64,000 bases of DNA, taken from positions 441,568 to 505,567 of the forward strand of contig JAULTD010000001.1 of assembly GCA_038801785.1 (NCBI GenBank), written 5' to 3'. Position 1 is the first letter of the stretch. Every line of letters begins with the position of its first letter. The DNA comes from Candidatus Methanomethylicaceae archaeon GD_Cm_T35_P0_bin.15 (GTDB lineage Archaea > Thermoproteota > Methanomethylicia > Methanomethylicales > Methanomethylicaceae). The position numbers and the translations under genes are program-made. Positions 8,382 to 20,351 of this stretch are shown here, one piece after another. The notes under the pieces were generated by a model. The model had not been told where the DNA came from and did no database searches. It was given only the letters and a program-made list of their open reading frames with translations.

Positions 8382-11059
8382 TGCCTCTTGCCTCCGGTCC
8401 CTGTCCCGATCCCGGTGCTCAGAACCTTCTCTATAATCTTGTCCACGTTGACCGCCTTCCCGTGGTCGCTCTTCGCCGGATCCACGCCATCGTCGCCGTA
8501 CTTGAACTGGATGATCGACCCGTCAGTCCCCCGGACGGTGCCGTCGTACTCCACGCGGACGTCCTGGAGGGCGTTGATGAGCCTCCTTTGCATATAGCCG
8601 CTCTGGCTGGTCCTGACGGCGGTGTCTACAAGCCCCTCTCTCCCTCCCATCGCGTGGAAGAAGAACTCGATGGGGTCGAGCTTGTCCTTGTAGCTGCTGT
8701 ACACGAACCCGTGCGCCTTCGCGCCTAGGTCCCTCGGCTTGAAGTGAGGGAGGGTGCGGTTCTGGTAGCCGCGCGTGATCCGCTCGCCCCGGACGGACTG
8801 CTGGCCTACGCAGGCGACCATGTGCGCCAAGTTCATGAGGCTCCCCCTTGCGCCTGTCCGAGACATGAGGAGGGCGGTATTCCCTTCTTTCAGGTACTGG
8901 CTCGCGATGTCGCCCGCCTTCTCCCTCGCCTCCTCCAGCTCCTGCATGATCTTGGTCTCGAGCGTCTCCTCGAGGGTCCTGCCAGGGAGCCTGTCGAGCA
9001 GGCCCTGGTCGTAGATCTCGATCAGCTTGGCGGTCTTGCTCTCGGCCTCGCTGATGACCGCCCTGATCTTCTCCTTCCCCTCGGCGGGGAGGTCCTCTTC
9101 GTCGAGCCCTATGGTCAGGCCCTTGCTGTCGATGTAGCCCAGGAAGAGCCTGAACGCCTTGTCGATATAGTCCCTGCCGACGTCCGTGCCGTAGTCCTTG
9201 ACGAGCCTGTGGAGGACGCTCTCCGGCTGACTGGCGCCGATCGACTTCTTGTCGAGGACGCCGCCGAGGAGCTGGCCGTCCCTGATTATGACGTAGGCGT
9301 CGTGCTCGCATTCCTCCTTCTTGCACTTGGGGCACTTCTCGCAGACATTCGACTTGAGCGAGTAGTTGAAGCCCTTCGGGAAGAAGAGGCTCGCGAGCTG
9401 CTTGCCAGTCCACCTCTCCTCCGGAGAGGTTATCGCAGGCGGCGGGAGCCCGCCGGTATAGCCGGCCTCGGTCAGGAGCTGGCAGGCCTCCTCGCGGGTG
9501 AGGGTCGTGCTCTTCCTCGTCAGCATGTAAGCGCCGGAGATATAGTCCTGGATCGCGCCCATGATGGGGCCGCCGTACCTCGGGGAGAGTATCTGCTCCT
9601 GGACGAGCATAAGGACGAGGGCCTCGGCCCTGGCCTCCTCGCTCTGAGGGACGTGGAGGTTCATCTCGTCCCCGTCAAAGTCGGCGTTGTAGGGGGGGCA
9701 GACGCAGAGGTTGAGCCTGAAGGTCTTGTACGGGAGGACCCTGACCCGGTGCGCCATTATTGACATCCTGTGGAGCGAGGGCTGCCTGTTGAACATGACG
9801 ATGTCCCCGTCCTTGACGTGCCTCTCGACGATGTAGCCCACCTCGACAGAGTCGGCTACGACCTTGCGATCCTTCGGGAACCTCAGGTCTATGCGCCTCC
9901 CGTCGGGCCGGATGATGTAGTTGGCGCCGGGGTTGATGTCAGGCCCGTTCTCTATGAGTTTCCGCATCGCCTCGATGTTGAAGTGGTTGATCCGCTCGGG
10001 GATGGTGAGGAGTTTGGCTATGTCGACGGGGACCCCCACCTCGTTCATGCTGATGAGGGGGTCTGGGGAGATGACCGTCCGCGCGGAGAAGTCGACGCGC
10101 TTGCCCGAGAGGTTCGACCTGAACCTTCCCTCCTTGCCCTTGAGGCGCTGGGCTATGGTGCGGAGCGGCCTGCCGGACCTGTGCCTCGCCGGCGGGATGC
10201 CCGAGGTCTCGTTGTCGAAGTAGGTGGTGACGTGGTACTGGAGCAGCTCCCAGAGATCCTCTATGATCAGCTGGGGCGCGCCCGCATCTATGTTCTCCTT
10301 GAGGCGCTCGTTGATCCTGATGATGTCGACGAGCTTGTGGGTGAGGTCGTCCTCCGACCTGACGCCCGACTCGAGTGTGATCGACGGCCTCACCGACGAC
10401 GGCGGGACCGGAAGGACAGTGAGGACCACCCACTCGGGCCTCGCCAGCTCGGGGTTCAGGCCGACAAGGGCGGCGTCCTCGTTGGTCACCCTCTCGAGGC
10501 GGGAGCGTATCTCGTTCGCGGCGAGCTTGACGTTCCCCTCCTCGTGCTCCTCGTAGTAGGTGGTCGGCTTCTCGAACTTGATCTTGAACTGCTTCTCCCC
10601 GCAGTAGGGGCACTCGCCGATCTTGGTGGCCTTCTTCATTATCCGCTCTGCCAGCTTGAACCTGAGCTGCGGCCACCTGTGCTTGTAGTGCTCGGTGAGA
10701 CGGGTGTACCTGTCGTGGTCCTCCTTCGAGAGGATGAGCCTGCCGCAGTTCCAGCAGGTGGCCCTGATCATGAGGTAGACGAGCTTGGCGAAGCCGGGGT
10801 GGATGACGGGGCGGGCGAGCTCGATGTGGCCGAAGTGGCCCGGGCACTGCCCGACGCGGTTCCCGCAGGTCTGGCACTTCTGCCCGGGCTCGATCGTCCC
10901 GAGGCGTCTGTCCATAAGGCCGGCGTCGATGGGCACGCCGTCCTCGTCGTATGTATCCGCCGTGATGATATTGACCACGGACATCTTCCGTATGTCATCG
11001 GGCGACAGGAGGCTGAACCTGATCGCCTTGATGGATTTGGTGATCTCTGCTAGAGACAT
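8378..11059 (-). CDS. rpoA1: DNA-directed RNA polymerase subunit A' (Rpo1N)
   Basis: Catalytic [44 protein letters not shown]. Confidence 0.99.
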   Translation of the reverse strand: MSLAEITKSIKAIRFSLLSPDDIRKMSVVNIITADTYDEDGVPIDAGLMDRRLGTIEPGQKCQTCGNRVGQCPGHFGHIELARPVIHPGFAKLVYLMIRATCWNCGRLILSKEDHDRYTRLTEHYKHRWPQLRFKLAERIMKKATKIGECPYCGEKQFKIKFEKPTTYYEEHEEGNVKLAANEIRSRLERVTNEDAALVGLNPELARPEWVVLTVLPVPPSSVRPSITLESGVRSEDDLTHKLVDIIRINERLKENIDAGAPQLIIEDLWELLQYHVTTYFDNETSGIPPARHRSGRPLRTIAQRLKGKEGRFRSNLSGKRVDFSARTVISPDPLISMNEVGVPVDIAKLLTIPERINHFNIEAMRKLIENGPDINPGANYIIRPDGRRIDLRFPKDRKVVADSVEVGYIVERHVKDGDIVMFNRQPSLHRMSIMAHRVRVLPYKTFRLNLCVCPPYNADFDGDEMNLHVPQSEEARAEALVLMLVQEQILSPRYGGPIMGAIQDYISGAYMLTRKSTTLTREEACQLLTEAGYTGGLPPPAITSPEERWTGKQLASLFFPKGFNYSLKSNVCEKCPKCKKEECEHDAYVIIRDGQLLGGVLDKKSIGASQPESVLHRLVKDYGTDVGRDYIDKAFRLFLGYIDSKGLTIGLDEEDLPAEGKEKIRAVISEAESKTAKLIEIYDQGLLDRLPGRTLEETLETKIMQELEEAREKAGDIASQYLKEGNTALLMSRTGARGSLMNLAHMVACVGQQSVRGERITRGYQNRTLPHFKPRDLGAKAHGFVYSSYKDKLDPIEFFFHAMGGREGLVDTAVRTSQSGYMQRRLINALQDVRVEYDGTVRGTDGSIIQFKYGDDGVDPAKSDHGKAVNVDKIIEKVLSTGIGTGTGGKRQ

Positions 11060-11127
11060 CTTTCTCTCATCTCGCTCCTTTCACTATTGTTACAGCTGCC
11101 GGTATCAGTGCCGGCACCACTGCTGAT

Positions 11128-11212
11128 GCGGGCGCAGGTGTAGGCGAAGGTGCAGGCACAGGCACATGTACAGGCATAGGTGCAGGCATAGGCATAGGTA
11201 CAGGTGCAGGTG
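11128..11212. repeat. Degenerate 6-bp-period tandem repeat (AGGYRY) in the rpoB-rpoA1 spacer
   Basis: AGGTGC/AGGCAC/AGGCAT/AGGTAC units in register. Confidence 0.75.
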
Positions 11213-11220
11213 ACAAGGCT

Positions 11221-14200
11221 TCACACCCTCTCCGAGAGCTTCAGGCGGGGCGCTATCCCCAGGCTCATGAGCTCCTGCAGGAGGAGCTTGAAGGCGTAGG
11301 ACATGACGACGGGGGTGCTCTTCGCCTTCTCGCCGCAGACGGGGCAGACGTGCTTGTCCTTGACCCGGTCGTAGTAGGCGATGAGCCCGCAGTCCTCACA
11401 GATATTGACCACTGTCTTGTCGGACTCGTCGAGGAGCCTCTCCTTGAGGAGCATGGCCGCTCCGTGGCCGATGAGGCAGTCCCTCTCCATCTCGCCGAAC
11501 CTGAGGCCTCCCTCCCTCGCGCGGCCCTCGGTCGGCTGCCTGGTAAGGATCTGGACCGGGCCTCGGGCCCTGGCGTGCATCTTGTCGGCCACCATGTGGT
11601 GGAGCTTGAGGTAGAAGGCGACGCCTATGAAGACCTCGGCCTCGAGGAGCCTGCCGGTCCTCCCGTCGTACATCACCTCCTTCCCGTTCGACTTGAAGCC
11701 CGCCTTAGTGAGGAGGTCCCTCATCGAGGCCTCGCTGGCGCCGCAGAAGGCTGTGCCGTCGACCGGCTGCCCGGAGACGGCGTAGGCCTTGCCGCCCAGG
11801 ACCTCGAGGAGCTGCCCTATGGTCATCCTCGATGGGATGGCGTGCGGGTTGATTATCAGGTCGGGGACTATGCCGTCCTGGGTGTAGGGCATGTCGTACT
11901 GGGGGACGAGCATCCCGACGACCCCCTTCTGGCCGTGCCTCGAGGCGAACTTGTCGCCGAGCTCGGGGACCCTCTCGTTCCTTACCCTGATCTTGACGAG
12001 CTTGTTCCCGTCCGAGGTCTCGGTCATTATCACGAGGTCGACCGTCCCGTCCTCGCCGGCCCTCATCGAGACGGAGGTCTCCCTCCGTATGGGCCCGGTG
12101 GACTCGAACTCGCGGTACTCCTCCAGGAACCTGGGGGGGCTCGTCTTGCCGACGAGGACGTCCCCTCCCTGGACTATGGACTCGGGCTCGATTATGCCGT
12201 CGTCTCCGAGGAAGCGGTAGGACTCGCTGGTGCGGTAGCCCCGGACGTTCGGGGTCGGCATCTCGATCTTGTCCTCCTGGCCGCCGGGGTACCTCCGCTC
12301 CTCGGTCTCGTAGCACCTGAAGAAGGAGGACCTGCCCAGGCCGCGTTCGACGGAGGACCTGTTCATTATGAGTGCGTCTTCTATGTTGTAGCCAGAGTAC
12401 GACAGGATCGCGACGACAAAGTTCTGCCCGGCGGGGCGCCTGTCCAAGTCTAGGATCCTGGCGCTCCGGGTGTTGACGAGCGGCCTCTGGGGGTAGTGGA
12501 GGAGGTGGCCGCGGGTATCGAGGCGCTTAGTAAAGTTGGCGGCGTAAAAGCCGAGCGACTGCTTCACCATGGCGGAGCCGTAGGTGTTCCTGGGCGACTG
12601 GTTTGCCTCCAGGAAGGGTATGAGGGAGGCGCTGATCCCGAGTATCGTGGACGGGATCACCTCCATGTGCGTGTGCTCTCCGGTGAGAGAGTCGACGTCC
12701 AGCGCGATGAGGCTGTTCTCCTCCTCCTCGGCGTCGAGGTACTCGACTATGCCCTGCAGGATTAGATCGTTCCACGTCCACTCGGAGGAGAGGCGGTCGA
12801 GGTGCTCCTTGGTCAGCCTAGGCGTCCCGCCGTCGGCGATCATGAGCGAGCGCCGAACGCGGCCGGCATCGCAGTTGATGTAGACCTCGTCGATCGTCCC
12901 GTACTTGTAGTGGGCGACGTTGACCTCGTGGTTGACCCTCCCGCGCCTCCTGAGCTTCCTTATCTCGGCGACGAGGAGCTCGGGGCGCTGGTGGATGCCG
13001 ATGAGGCGGCCGTTGAGGATGACCTTCGAGCCGGCCATCCCCTTCTTCCGGGCTGACTCGATCTGTTCGGTCTCGAGTTCGTAGAGGAGCTCCTCGATCG
13101 GCTTCTCGTCGACGCCGACCGAGATGAAGGCCATGAGTGCGAGGTTCTTGACGAGGCCGCAGTTAGGCCCCTCGGGGGTCTCGGCCGGGCAGAGGCGCCC
13201 CCACTGGGTGGAGTGGAGGTCCCTGGCCTCGAAGTGGGGCTGGCTCCTGCTCAGCGGGGAGATGATCCTGCGGAGGTGGCCGAGGGTCGAGATGTAGTTC
13301 GTCCTGTCGAGGAGCTGGCTCACGCCCGCCTTGCCGCCGACCCAGTTGCCAGTCGCGAGGGCGTGCCGCATCCTCTCGGTGATGACGTCAGCCCTGACGA
13401 GGGTCGGTATCGAGACGCGCCTGGACCTGCTCTTCGCCCTCTCGAGCTGGTACTTCATGTCCCTGCAGAAGCTCTTGAAGGCGACCCTGAAGAGGCTGGC
13501 GAGGAGGTCCCCTGCCAGTTTGAGGCGCTTGTTTGCATAGTGGTCCTTGTCGTCGGGCTTTCTCCTGCCGAGGGAGAGCTCGATGAGCTTCTCCGCCATC
13601 TGGCCGAGGTAGAGCGCCTTCTTCTTCCTGTCCGGCGCCTCCAGGCCGAGGTGGGGGAGGAGGTACTTGTCGAGGATCTGCTGGGCCCGCGAGATGCGGA
13701 AGTCGCGGGTCTGGCCGATCGCGACGCGGTTGCCGATATAGTCGAGGGCGTCCTCGACGGTGTTGATCTCCATGCCGGCCTCAAGGGTCGGGATGAGCGC
13801 CTTCTGGATGTCGGGGTCGCTCGATACGAACTCTACTATCTCCTTGTCAGAGGCGGTGCCCAGGGCCCTCATGAGGATCGAGAGGGAGATCCTCCCCGGG
13901 ATCGACGGGAACGTCACCTGGAGGCTGGTGTCCTTCATCCTCTCGAGCGTGACCGGGACGCGGAAGCCAGAGGTCGCAGAGAAGACCTTCGCGACGTGGG
14001 TGACGGGCGAGGCGCCCTCCATCACATCGACGAGGATGCGGTTGACCGCCAAGTCCTCCTGTATGACGACGACGCGCTCCGATCCGTTGATGATAAAGTA
14101 ACCTCCCGGGTCCTCGGGGTCCTCGCCCGCGCGGATGAGCTCGTCCTTGCTCATCTTCGAGAGGGCGCAGTACGCAGAGCGGACCATTATGGGGAGCTTG

Positions 14201-14556
14201 CCGATGTAGACCTCTATCGGCTCCTCCTCATAGCCGTCCTCCACCGGTATGACCGTGAGGTGCATCGACGAGGCGTAGGTGAGGTTGCGCTGCCTCGCCT
14301 CCATCGGCAGGATCTCCTTCTCGGAGCCGTCCGCCTCATGGATCGTCGGCTTGGATATCGAGAGCTTGCCCAGCTTTATCTTGTAGCCGGGGAGGTCGGT
14401 CTCGATGACGCCCTGCTCGTTGACGATCTCCTGGAGCTTGTTCCGGATAAAGTCGTCGAACGAGTCGAGGTGCTGCCTCACCAGCCCCTTCTCCTTGAAG
14501 AATGATTCTATCAGGGTCCACCTTTCATCCATACAGACAGTGCTCAACAAACTCAC
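11221..14556 (-). CDS. rpoB: DNA-directed RNA polymerase subunit B (Rpo2, undivided)
   Basis: GLVRQHLDSF, GGYFIINGSE, ETPEGPNCGL, GDKFASRHGQKG, GGLRFGEMERD; exact start uncertain (14556-14532). Confidence 0.99.
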   Translation of the reverse strand: MSLLSTVCMDERWTLIESFFKEKGLVRQHLDSFDDFIRNKLQEIVNEQGVIETDLPGYKIKLGKLSISKPTIHEADGSEKEILPMEARQRNLTYASSMHLTVIPVEDGYEEEPIEVYIGKLPIMVRSAYCALSKMSKDELIRAGEDPEDPGGYFIINGSERVVVIQEDLAVNRILVDVMEGASPVTHVAKVFSATSGFRVPVTLERMKDTSLQVTFPSIPGRISLSILMRALGTASDKEIVEFVSSDPDIQKALIPTLEAGMEINTVEDALDYIGNRVAIGQTRDFRISRAQQILDKYLLPHLGLEAPDRKKKALYLGQMAEKLIELSLGRRKPDDKDHYANKRLKLAGDLLASLFRVAFKSFCRDMKYQLERAKSRSRRVSIPTLVRADVITERMRHALATGNWVGGKAGVSQLLDRTNYISTLGHLRRIISPLSRSQPHFEARDLHSTQWGRLCPAETPEGPNCGLVKNLALMAFISVGVDEKPIEELLYELETEQIESARKKGMAGSKVILNGRLIGIHQRPELLVAEIRKLRRRGRVNHEVNVAHYKYGTIDEVYINCDAGRVRRSLMIADGGTPRLTKEHLDRLSSEWTWNDLILQGIVEYLDAEEEENSLIALDVDSLTGEHTHMEVIPSTILGISASLIPFLEANQSPRNTYGSAMVKQSLGFYAANFTKRLDTRGHLLHYPQRPLVNTRSARILDLDRRPAGQNFVVAILSYSGYNIEDALIMNRSSVERGLGRSSFFRCYETEERRYPGGQEDKIEMPTPNVRGYRTSESYRFLGDDGIIEPESIVQGGDVLVGKTSPPRFLEEYREFESTGPIRRETSVSMRAGEDGTVDLVIMTETSDGNKLVKIRVRNERVPELGDKFASRHGQKGVVGMLVPQYDMPYTQDGIVPDLIINPHAIPSRMTIGQLLEVLGGKAYAVSGQPVDGTAFCGASEASMRDLLTKAGFKSNGKEVMYDGRTGRLLEAEVFIGVAFYLKLHHMVADKMHARARGPVQILTRQPTEGRAREGGLRFGEMERDCLIGHGAAMLLKERLLDESDKTVVNICEDCGLIAYYDRVKDKHVCPVCGEKAKSTPVVMSYAFKLLLQELMSLGIAPRLKLSERV

Positions 14557-14659
14557 ACCTTTTCCTTTTGCTCTTCCCTTCTCCTTTTTCCTTCTCCTTC
14601 TCCTTCCCTCTTTCCTCTTTCCTCTCCCGTCCCCCCAGCCGCCCGAACCTCGCCCCCGC

Positions 14660-14899
14660 CTAGCCCGGGACGACGTACCGGTAGGCCACGGAGCTGACGG
14701 CCACCTGGCTCTTCCGCTCTATCTTCAGAACCTCGCCGGGCTTCGCCCCGATCGCCTTGCAGACCGGGTCGCTCTTCCTTATCCACGGGAGGTCTTCCTT
14801 CCGTATGCCGTACAACCTTCTGAGCTCCTCCACTTCATCCTTCGTGAGGATCGTGAAGCGGGGGACTAGTTCATGCGACAGTATATCAAACTTGACCAA
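14660..14899 (-). CDS. rpoH: DNA-directed RNA polymerase subunit H (Rpo5)
   Basis: FDILSHELVP...LPWIRKSDPV...AYRYVV; TTG start after a GGTGGGAG SD-like element. Confidence 0.96.
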   Translation of the reverse strand: MVKFDILSHELVPRFTILTKDEVEELRRLYGIRKEDLPWIRKSDPVCKAIGAKPGEVLKIERKSQVAVSSVAYRYVVPG

Positions 14900-15034
14900 G
14901 CAGGCTCCCACCTGTTAATATCAGACTCCGAAAAGTGAAACACGACATAACCAGCGCCGAGGCTACAAACCAAAAAATTGAGGGTATTAATAAACCTTCC
15001 TGTAGTGCTTTGATGGGGCATACTACTCATAGAG

Positions 15035-15171
15035 TGGTCCCGCCCGCCGGACTTGAACCAGCGACCACCCGGTATTTGCCAGGCTGGCCCGGGGACATGC
15101 ACCGCCGAAGGCGAATTCCCCCGGTCGACCGAAGTCTACAGCCGGGCGCTCTACCACTGAGCTAGGGCGGG
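15035..15171 (-). tRNA. tRNA-Tyr(GUA) with 62-nt intron at 37/38 (15074-15135), CCA encoded
   Basis: Minus strand CCCGCCC-TA-GCTCAGTGGTAGAGC-G-CCCGG-CTGTAG|intron|A-CCGGG...GCTGG-TTCAAGT-CCGGC-GGGCGGG-ACCA; C1-G72 archaeal Tyr identity pair. Confidence 0.95.
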
Positions 15172-15289
15172 CCCAGATACAATTAATAGACCGAAATTAA
15201 AAACCTTTCCCAGCCGCGCGGGGAGGGGGCGCCGGCCCTCCGTCCGGGCCGCAGACCGGTCAGGGATGCCGGGCAGGCCCCCGGCGCCC

Positions 15290-16501
<1,212 letters not shown>

Positions 16502-16562
16502 ACGATCATACTGTCGGGGGCGGGTAAATAACCTGAACGCCCGGGGGCGCCCGGCGGCGGCT

Positions 16563-16622
16563 TCAGAGTCAGAGGAAGAGCCAGAGCCAGGGTCAGAGCC
16601 AAGGTCAGGGTCAGGGTCAGCG
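16563..16622. repeat. Degenerate hexamer tandem repeat (TCAGAG/CCAGAG/TCAGGG), intergenic
   Basis: About ten 6-bp units in register. Confidence 0.7.
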
Positions 16623-16670
16623 CTGGCGCCGGCGTAAGCATCAGCGGCTACGGCAGTGGCAGCGTAAGCG

Positions 16671-18077
16671 TCAGCGGAAGATCAGCATTATCCAGAGCTG
16701 ACCGACGAGCATGGGGAGGACGCTCCCGGCTATCCCGATCCAGATCCACTTCATGAAGCGCATGTGGTAGTTGAACTGCTTCTCCATCATCCCCAGCGCC
16801 ACTATGTTGGCGGTGCTGCCGACCATCGTCATGTTCCCGCCGAAGGCGCCCCCGAAGAGGAGCGCCCACCAGAGCGGCTCCGCGAAGAAGCCGAGCTCCC
16901 CGAGGCTCTGCACCACCGGCAGCAGCGCCGCGACGAGGACGACGTTGTCTAGGAAGCCTGACCCGAACCCTGAGAACCAGAGCATGAAGGTCTCGATCTG
17001 GAGCTGGGAGGTAGCAAAGCCAGCGATCGCGCTCGCGAGCACGTCGGTCAGGCCGGTGTACTTCAGTGCGCCCGCCTTTGCGAAGAGGAACATGAAGAAG
17101 AGGAGGGTCCACCAGTCGACGCCCCTCTCGACGATGTGGTGCGCCTTCCGCCTCTTCCACGCGAGGCCCACCATCGCGCCCAAGAAAACCGCAACCAGGA
17201 GGTAGGTGAACTTCTCCACGTTGAGGAGGAGCTCGAGGCGGTAGTGTATCGCGACGAAGAAGATCGTGGTGAAGAGGAGGAGCCCGCTGATCTTGACCTC
17301 CCTCATATTTACCGAGCCGGAGTCGAGGAAGTTAGAGCTCCCGCCGTTGAGCTTCCCGGAGATCTTGACCTTCGCCTCGAGGAGGAACTTCCGGTACCAG
17401 AAGGTGCATACCACCAGGAGGACGAGGAGGGACATCAGGGACACGGGGGTGGCGTACATAATAAAGTCCTCGAAGGTCAGCCCCGCCCTGAGCCCGATGA
17501 GTATCCCGATCGGGTTGCCGAGCATCGTCGCCGAGCTGCCCACGTTAGTGGCAAGGACGGTGGAGATGACGTAGGGGAGGGGGTCGAGCTCAAAGTTTCT
17601 GCAGTACTCGAAGACGATGGCAGTGATGAATATGATGGAGGTCACCTCGTCTACCATGGCAGCCATCAGGGTGGACATGGCGAGGAGGAGGAGCATAACC
17701 TTCTTCGGGTCGTACTTCGTGACCCGGAGGAGCTTGCCGAGGAGCCACGTGAAGAAGCCGCAGTCCTTCGCGATGTCGACGAGGATCATCATCGAGACGA
17801 GGAAGACTATCACGTCGATGTTCATGAAGAGGATCATGTGCTCAATGTCGAGGGTCTGGGTGGCCAGGAGGAGGCCGATCCCCGCGAACGCGACGGCGAG
17901 CCTGAAGCTCCAGAAGAAGAGGGTCCCCAGGACTGTGGCTATGAAGATGGTCCCCGCCACGGTCTGGATAAAGTTCCCCAGGAGCGACCATAGCACTACG
18001 CCCGTCGCCAAGACGAGGGCGAGGTAGATGGCAAAGTCCCGCCTGCTCCCTACCGGTCCGGATAGTTCCTCGGCCAA
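16671..18077 (-). CDS. ArsB/NhaD (IT superfamily, CitMHS/SLC13-like) ion transporter
   Basis: Highly hydrophobic; ATNVGSSATMLGNP, SGFLDNV, GGNMTMVGSTAN motifs. Confidence 0.88.
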   Translation of the reverse strand: MAEELSGPVGSRRDFAIYLALVLATGVVLWSLLGNFIQTVAGTIFIATVLGTLFFWSFRLAVAFAGIGLLLATQTLDIEHMILFMNIDVIVFLVSMMILVDIAKDCGFFTWLLGKLLRVTKYDPKKVMLLLLAMSTLMAAMVDEVTSIIFITAIVFEYCRNFELDPLPYVISTVLATNVGSSATMLGNPIGILIGLRAGLTFEDFIMYATPVSLMSLLVLLVVCTFWYRKFLLEAKVKISGKLNGGSSNFLDSGSVNMREVKISGLLLFTTIFFVAIHYRLELLLNVEKFTYLLVAVFLGAMVGLAWKRRKAHHIVERGVDWWTLLFFMFLFAKAGALKYTGLTDVLASAIAGFATSQLQIETFMLWFSGFGSGFLDNVVLVAALLPVVQSLGELGFFAEPLWWALLFGGAFGGNMTMVGSTANIVALGMMEKQFNYHMRFMKWIWIGIAGSVLPMLVGQLWIMLIFR

Positions 18078-18336
18078 GTCAACGACAACCCTCTATGAGA
18101 TTCGCTTTCCTACACAATTGGGCTTTCTGTAGCTAAAAAGCTTACTATCGTTGGTAGCGCAGCACCTTTTTCGGGCTAAAAAAAGGCGGCGGACGTCTAT
18201 TTTTGACACTGGCAATTCCGCGGCGCACGGCAGTCCGGCGATCCGGATTATCCCCAGGCCGCCGTCCTTCTGAGAGGGGCGCCGCGGGGGCGGTCACGGC
18301 ATCCCGGGCCCCTGCCGGCGGTGCGGGCGTCCGGCC

Positions 18337-18354
18337 GAAAAAGTTAAATTAAGC
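18337..18354 (+). promoter_or_regulatory. Putative BRE/TATA promoter of tRNA-Asp
   Basis: GAAAAAGTTAAATTAAGC about 30 nt upstream of the tRNA 5' end. Confidence 0.6.
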
Positions 18355-18382
18355 TGGTCAGATGGAGAGTGAGGAAAAAGAT

Positions 18383-18509
<127 letters not shown>

Positions 18510-18716
18510 CACCTCATCGTACAGCCCACAATTATTCGTCTCCGCAAGATTCACTGTTCTTTCATTGATAAGGTTTGGCAGGGGTCTATTCCATCGCAAT
18601 AATCTTGCGAGATGTCAGGTTAAACTAGTTCATAATTATCGATCCGCGATGGTTTAAAAAGGCAAACGCTATATACCAACAGTAAAAATATTTAGCGCTA
18701 CCTCGGGGCCACGGCT

Positions 18717-19197
18717 ACGGCAGAGACAGACAATGTTTTCAAAAGCATTACCCCCGAGGAGTTGGAAGCTTTCAACAAGGCTTGGCCGGAAGTCTTTGAA
18801 GCTATTGGCGATTATGTTGAGAAGATCGGACGTCTCGAAAAGGATCGCCCTACCGTGTGGAAGACTTTCCAGCAAGTAGGCAACAACCCTGATAGAATAT
18901 TTGGTTTAGTGGATCAGATGCCAAAAAGGGAGCGGGGGAAGGTTTTACGAGAGAATCGGAAAGCTTCTCATCTACATGAGCATGCTTAACAGGCTGGATA
19001 AAATGAGCGCCGATGATAAAATAGCATTAGGTATGGCAGTCAAAAATTTTGCCAGAGAATCCAAGAAGGATTGGAAGCAGTATGAGCCGGCAGGCATCGT
19101 TTGGCAAAGCCGCAGTGCGCCTGGAACCATTAGGTCCGTCAACTGTATTGCATACCACCATCCCTTCCCTGACGCAGTCGCAGTTATTGCAGCTTGA
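18717..19197 (+). pseudogene. Frameshifted hypothetical helical protein (ORFs 18762-18989 and 18976-19197 appear to be one gene)
   Basis: Protein-like sequence runs from AETDNVFKSITPEELEAF..., changes frame at the CGAGAGAATC tract near 18950 and continues IGKLLIYMSMLNRLDKM; upstream of the TTG at 18762 only ACG codons are available as starts. Confidence 0.5.
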
Positions 19198-19507
19198 TAA
19201 AGATATATACGATTTGCGTGCAGAGGTAGAGAGCCTAAGGGATGAAATAGTTCTAATGCGGCGGGAGCAAGCTATGTTTAGAGGGGTGATTGAAAAGGGG
19301 ATGGCCAGGACAGGCGATGAAGAAGTGATCAATCTGAGAGTAATCCCTGTCTCGGAAGCTAAGCCGCTAGTCGAGGAATATGTCAAGAATCATCCTGATT
19401 GCTGGACGAGCGATATCGCCATCGGGCTGGGCATTGATGTCGGAGTAGTTTTGAAAAGTCTGGAGGAGCTGCAGAATGAGCGGAAAGTCAGAGGCACAGA
19501 TCCCTGA
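19082..19507 (+). CDS. Hypothetical coiled-coil protein with C-terminal winged HTH
   Basis: Heptad segment LDKDIYDLRAEVESLRDEI; wHTH-like EYVKNHPDCWTSDIAIGLGIDVGVVLKSLEEL. Confidence 0.65.
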   Translation: MSRQASFGKAAVRLEPLGPSTVLHTTIPSLTQSQLLQLDKDIYDLRAEVESLRDEIVLMRREQAMFRGVIEKGMARTGDEEVINLRVIPVSEAKPLVEEYVKNHPDCWTSDIAIGLGIDVGVVLKSLEELQNERKVRGTDP

Positions 19508-19963
19508 TGTTGGATCAAAACTGAATTTTGCGGCTGCTACGGTGCATGCCAGGAAAATACATGTCCAGCCCAAGCCAATCGGGTTAACTTCGTGCCACAG
19601 AGGGCAGTGTGCAAAATGCGATTACGGGTACATCATAACCGAGAAAAAGTGGAACGTATGGCGCTGATCGGGCGCACCTTTAACCCGCTGGAACGAAAGG
19701 GGCAGCCCCGGCATTCCGTTAACGGGTCTCCTGCATCCTGCCAGACCTTCCCTCAGCGACTATCGCGATCCGCTCTCACGAGTACCGAGGCCGCTCCCTC
19801 CGGCTGAGCAGGCAAGGTTTTCAGCCAATCCGCTGACTTCTTGACAGCATCGCGTCTTTGGGTCTTCTCGCGCTCGGCTGTTGCGGACATCTCCCAACAC
19901 GTACTTATGAACGCATCCAAACTGGTTGTTGGGGAAAGACCAGAAAAACAAAGAAAAAAGGGG

Positions 19964-20069
19964 CTATGGGAGACTTCCCTGCGATCAGCACTATCCCCTT
20001 CACTAAAGCGCCGACGGGATCATACGAGGAGCGTCAGGTCGGTCAGGAGCAGCTGCAGCGCGAAGGTGA
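19964..20069 (-). pseudogene. Relic of the 3' end of the membrane protein gene at 24262-24762
   Basis: Aligns by eye to 24262-24375; translates to ALQLLLTDLTLL..IP..LVKGIVLIAGK* versus ALQLRLTNLMLLFMIPPVLTIVKGFVLVAGK. Confidence 0.75.
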
Positions 20070-20089
20070 GGGGGCAGGCAACGTCTGAT

Positions 20090-20251
20090 CTACCTTGACC
20101 GCGAACCGATTATGGCCCCGACTATCAGGCCTGCTGCCGCGCCGGCGGCGATATGCCACGCCTCGCCGGCGAAGGTGAAGACCATGATGCCGGCGGCAGC
20201 CCCGAATGCGATCCCCAGCCCGCTCGCCATGGATAGGAATTTTCTGCCCAT
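20090..20251 (-). CDS. Small glycine-zipper membrane protein (53 aa)
   Basis: Two hydrophobic GxxxG helices (GLGIAFGAAAG, AAGAAAGLIVG). Confidence 0.6.
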   Translation of the reverse strand: MGRKFLSMASGLGIAFGAAAGIMVFTFAGEAWHIAAGAAAGLIVGAIIGSRSR

Positions 20252-20351
20252 AGGTATGACGGGCCTCCGCCAGCTAATAAGGCAATAAGGTATAGCCGCG
20301 CCGATCAGGCGTGCGCCTGCGCCGTGGGTACCGGGGGCTGCGGGCATGCCG

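Noticed and set aside
6828..14556. Inteins in RNA polymerase subunits
   Set aside because: Core regions are of normal length with contiguous motifs; no intein splice signatures or LAGLIDADG motifs.
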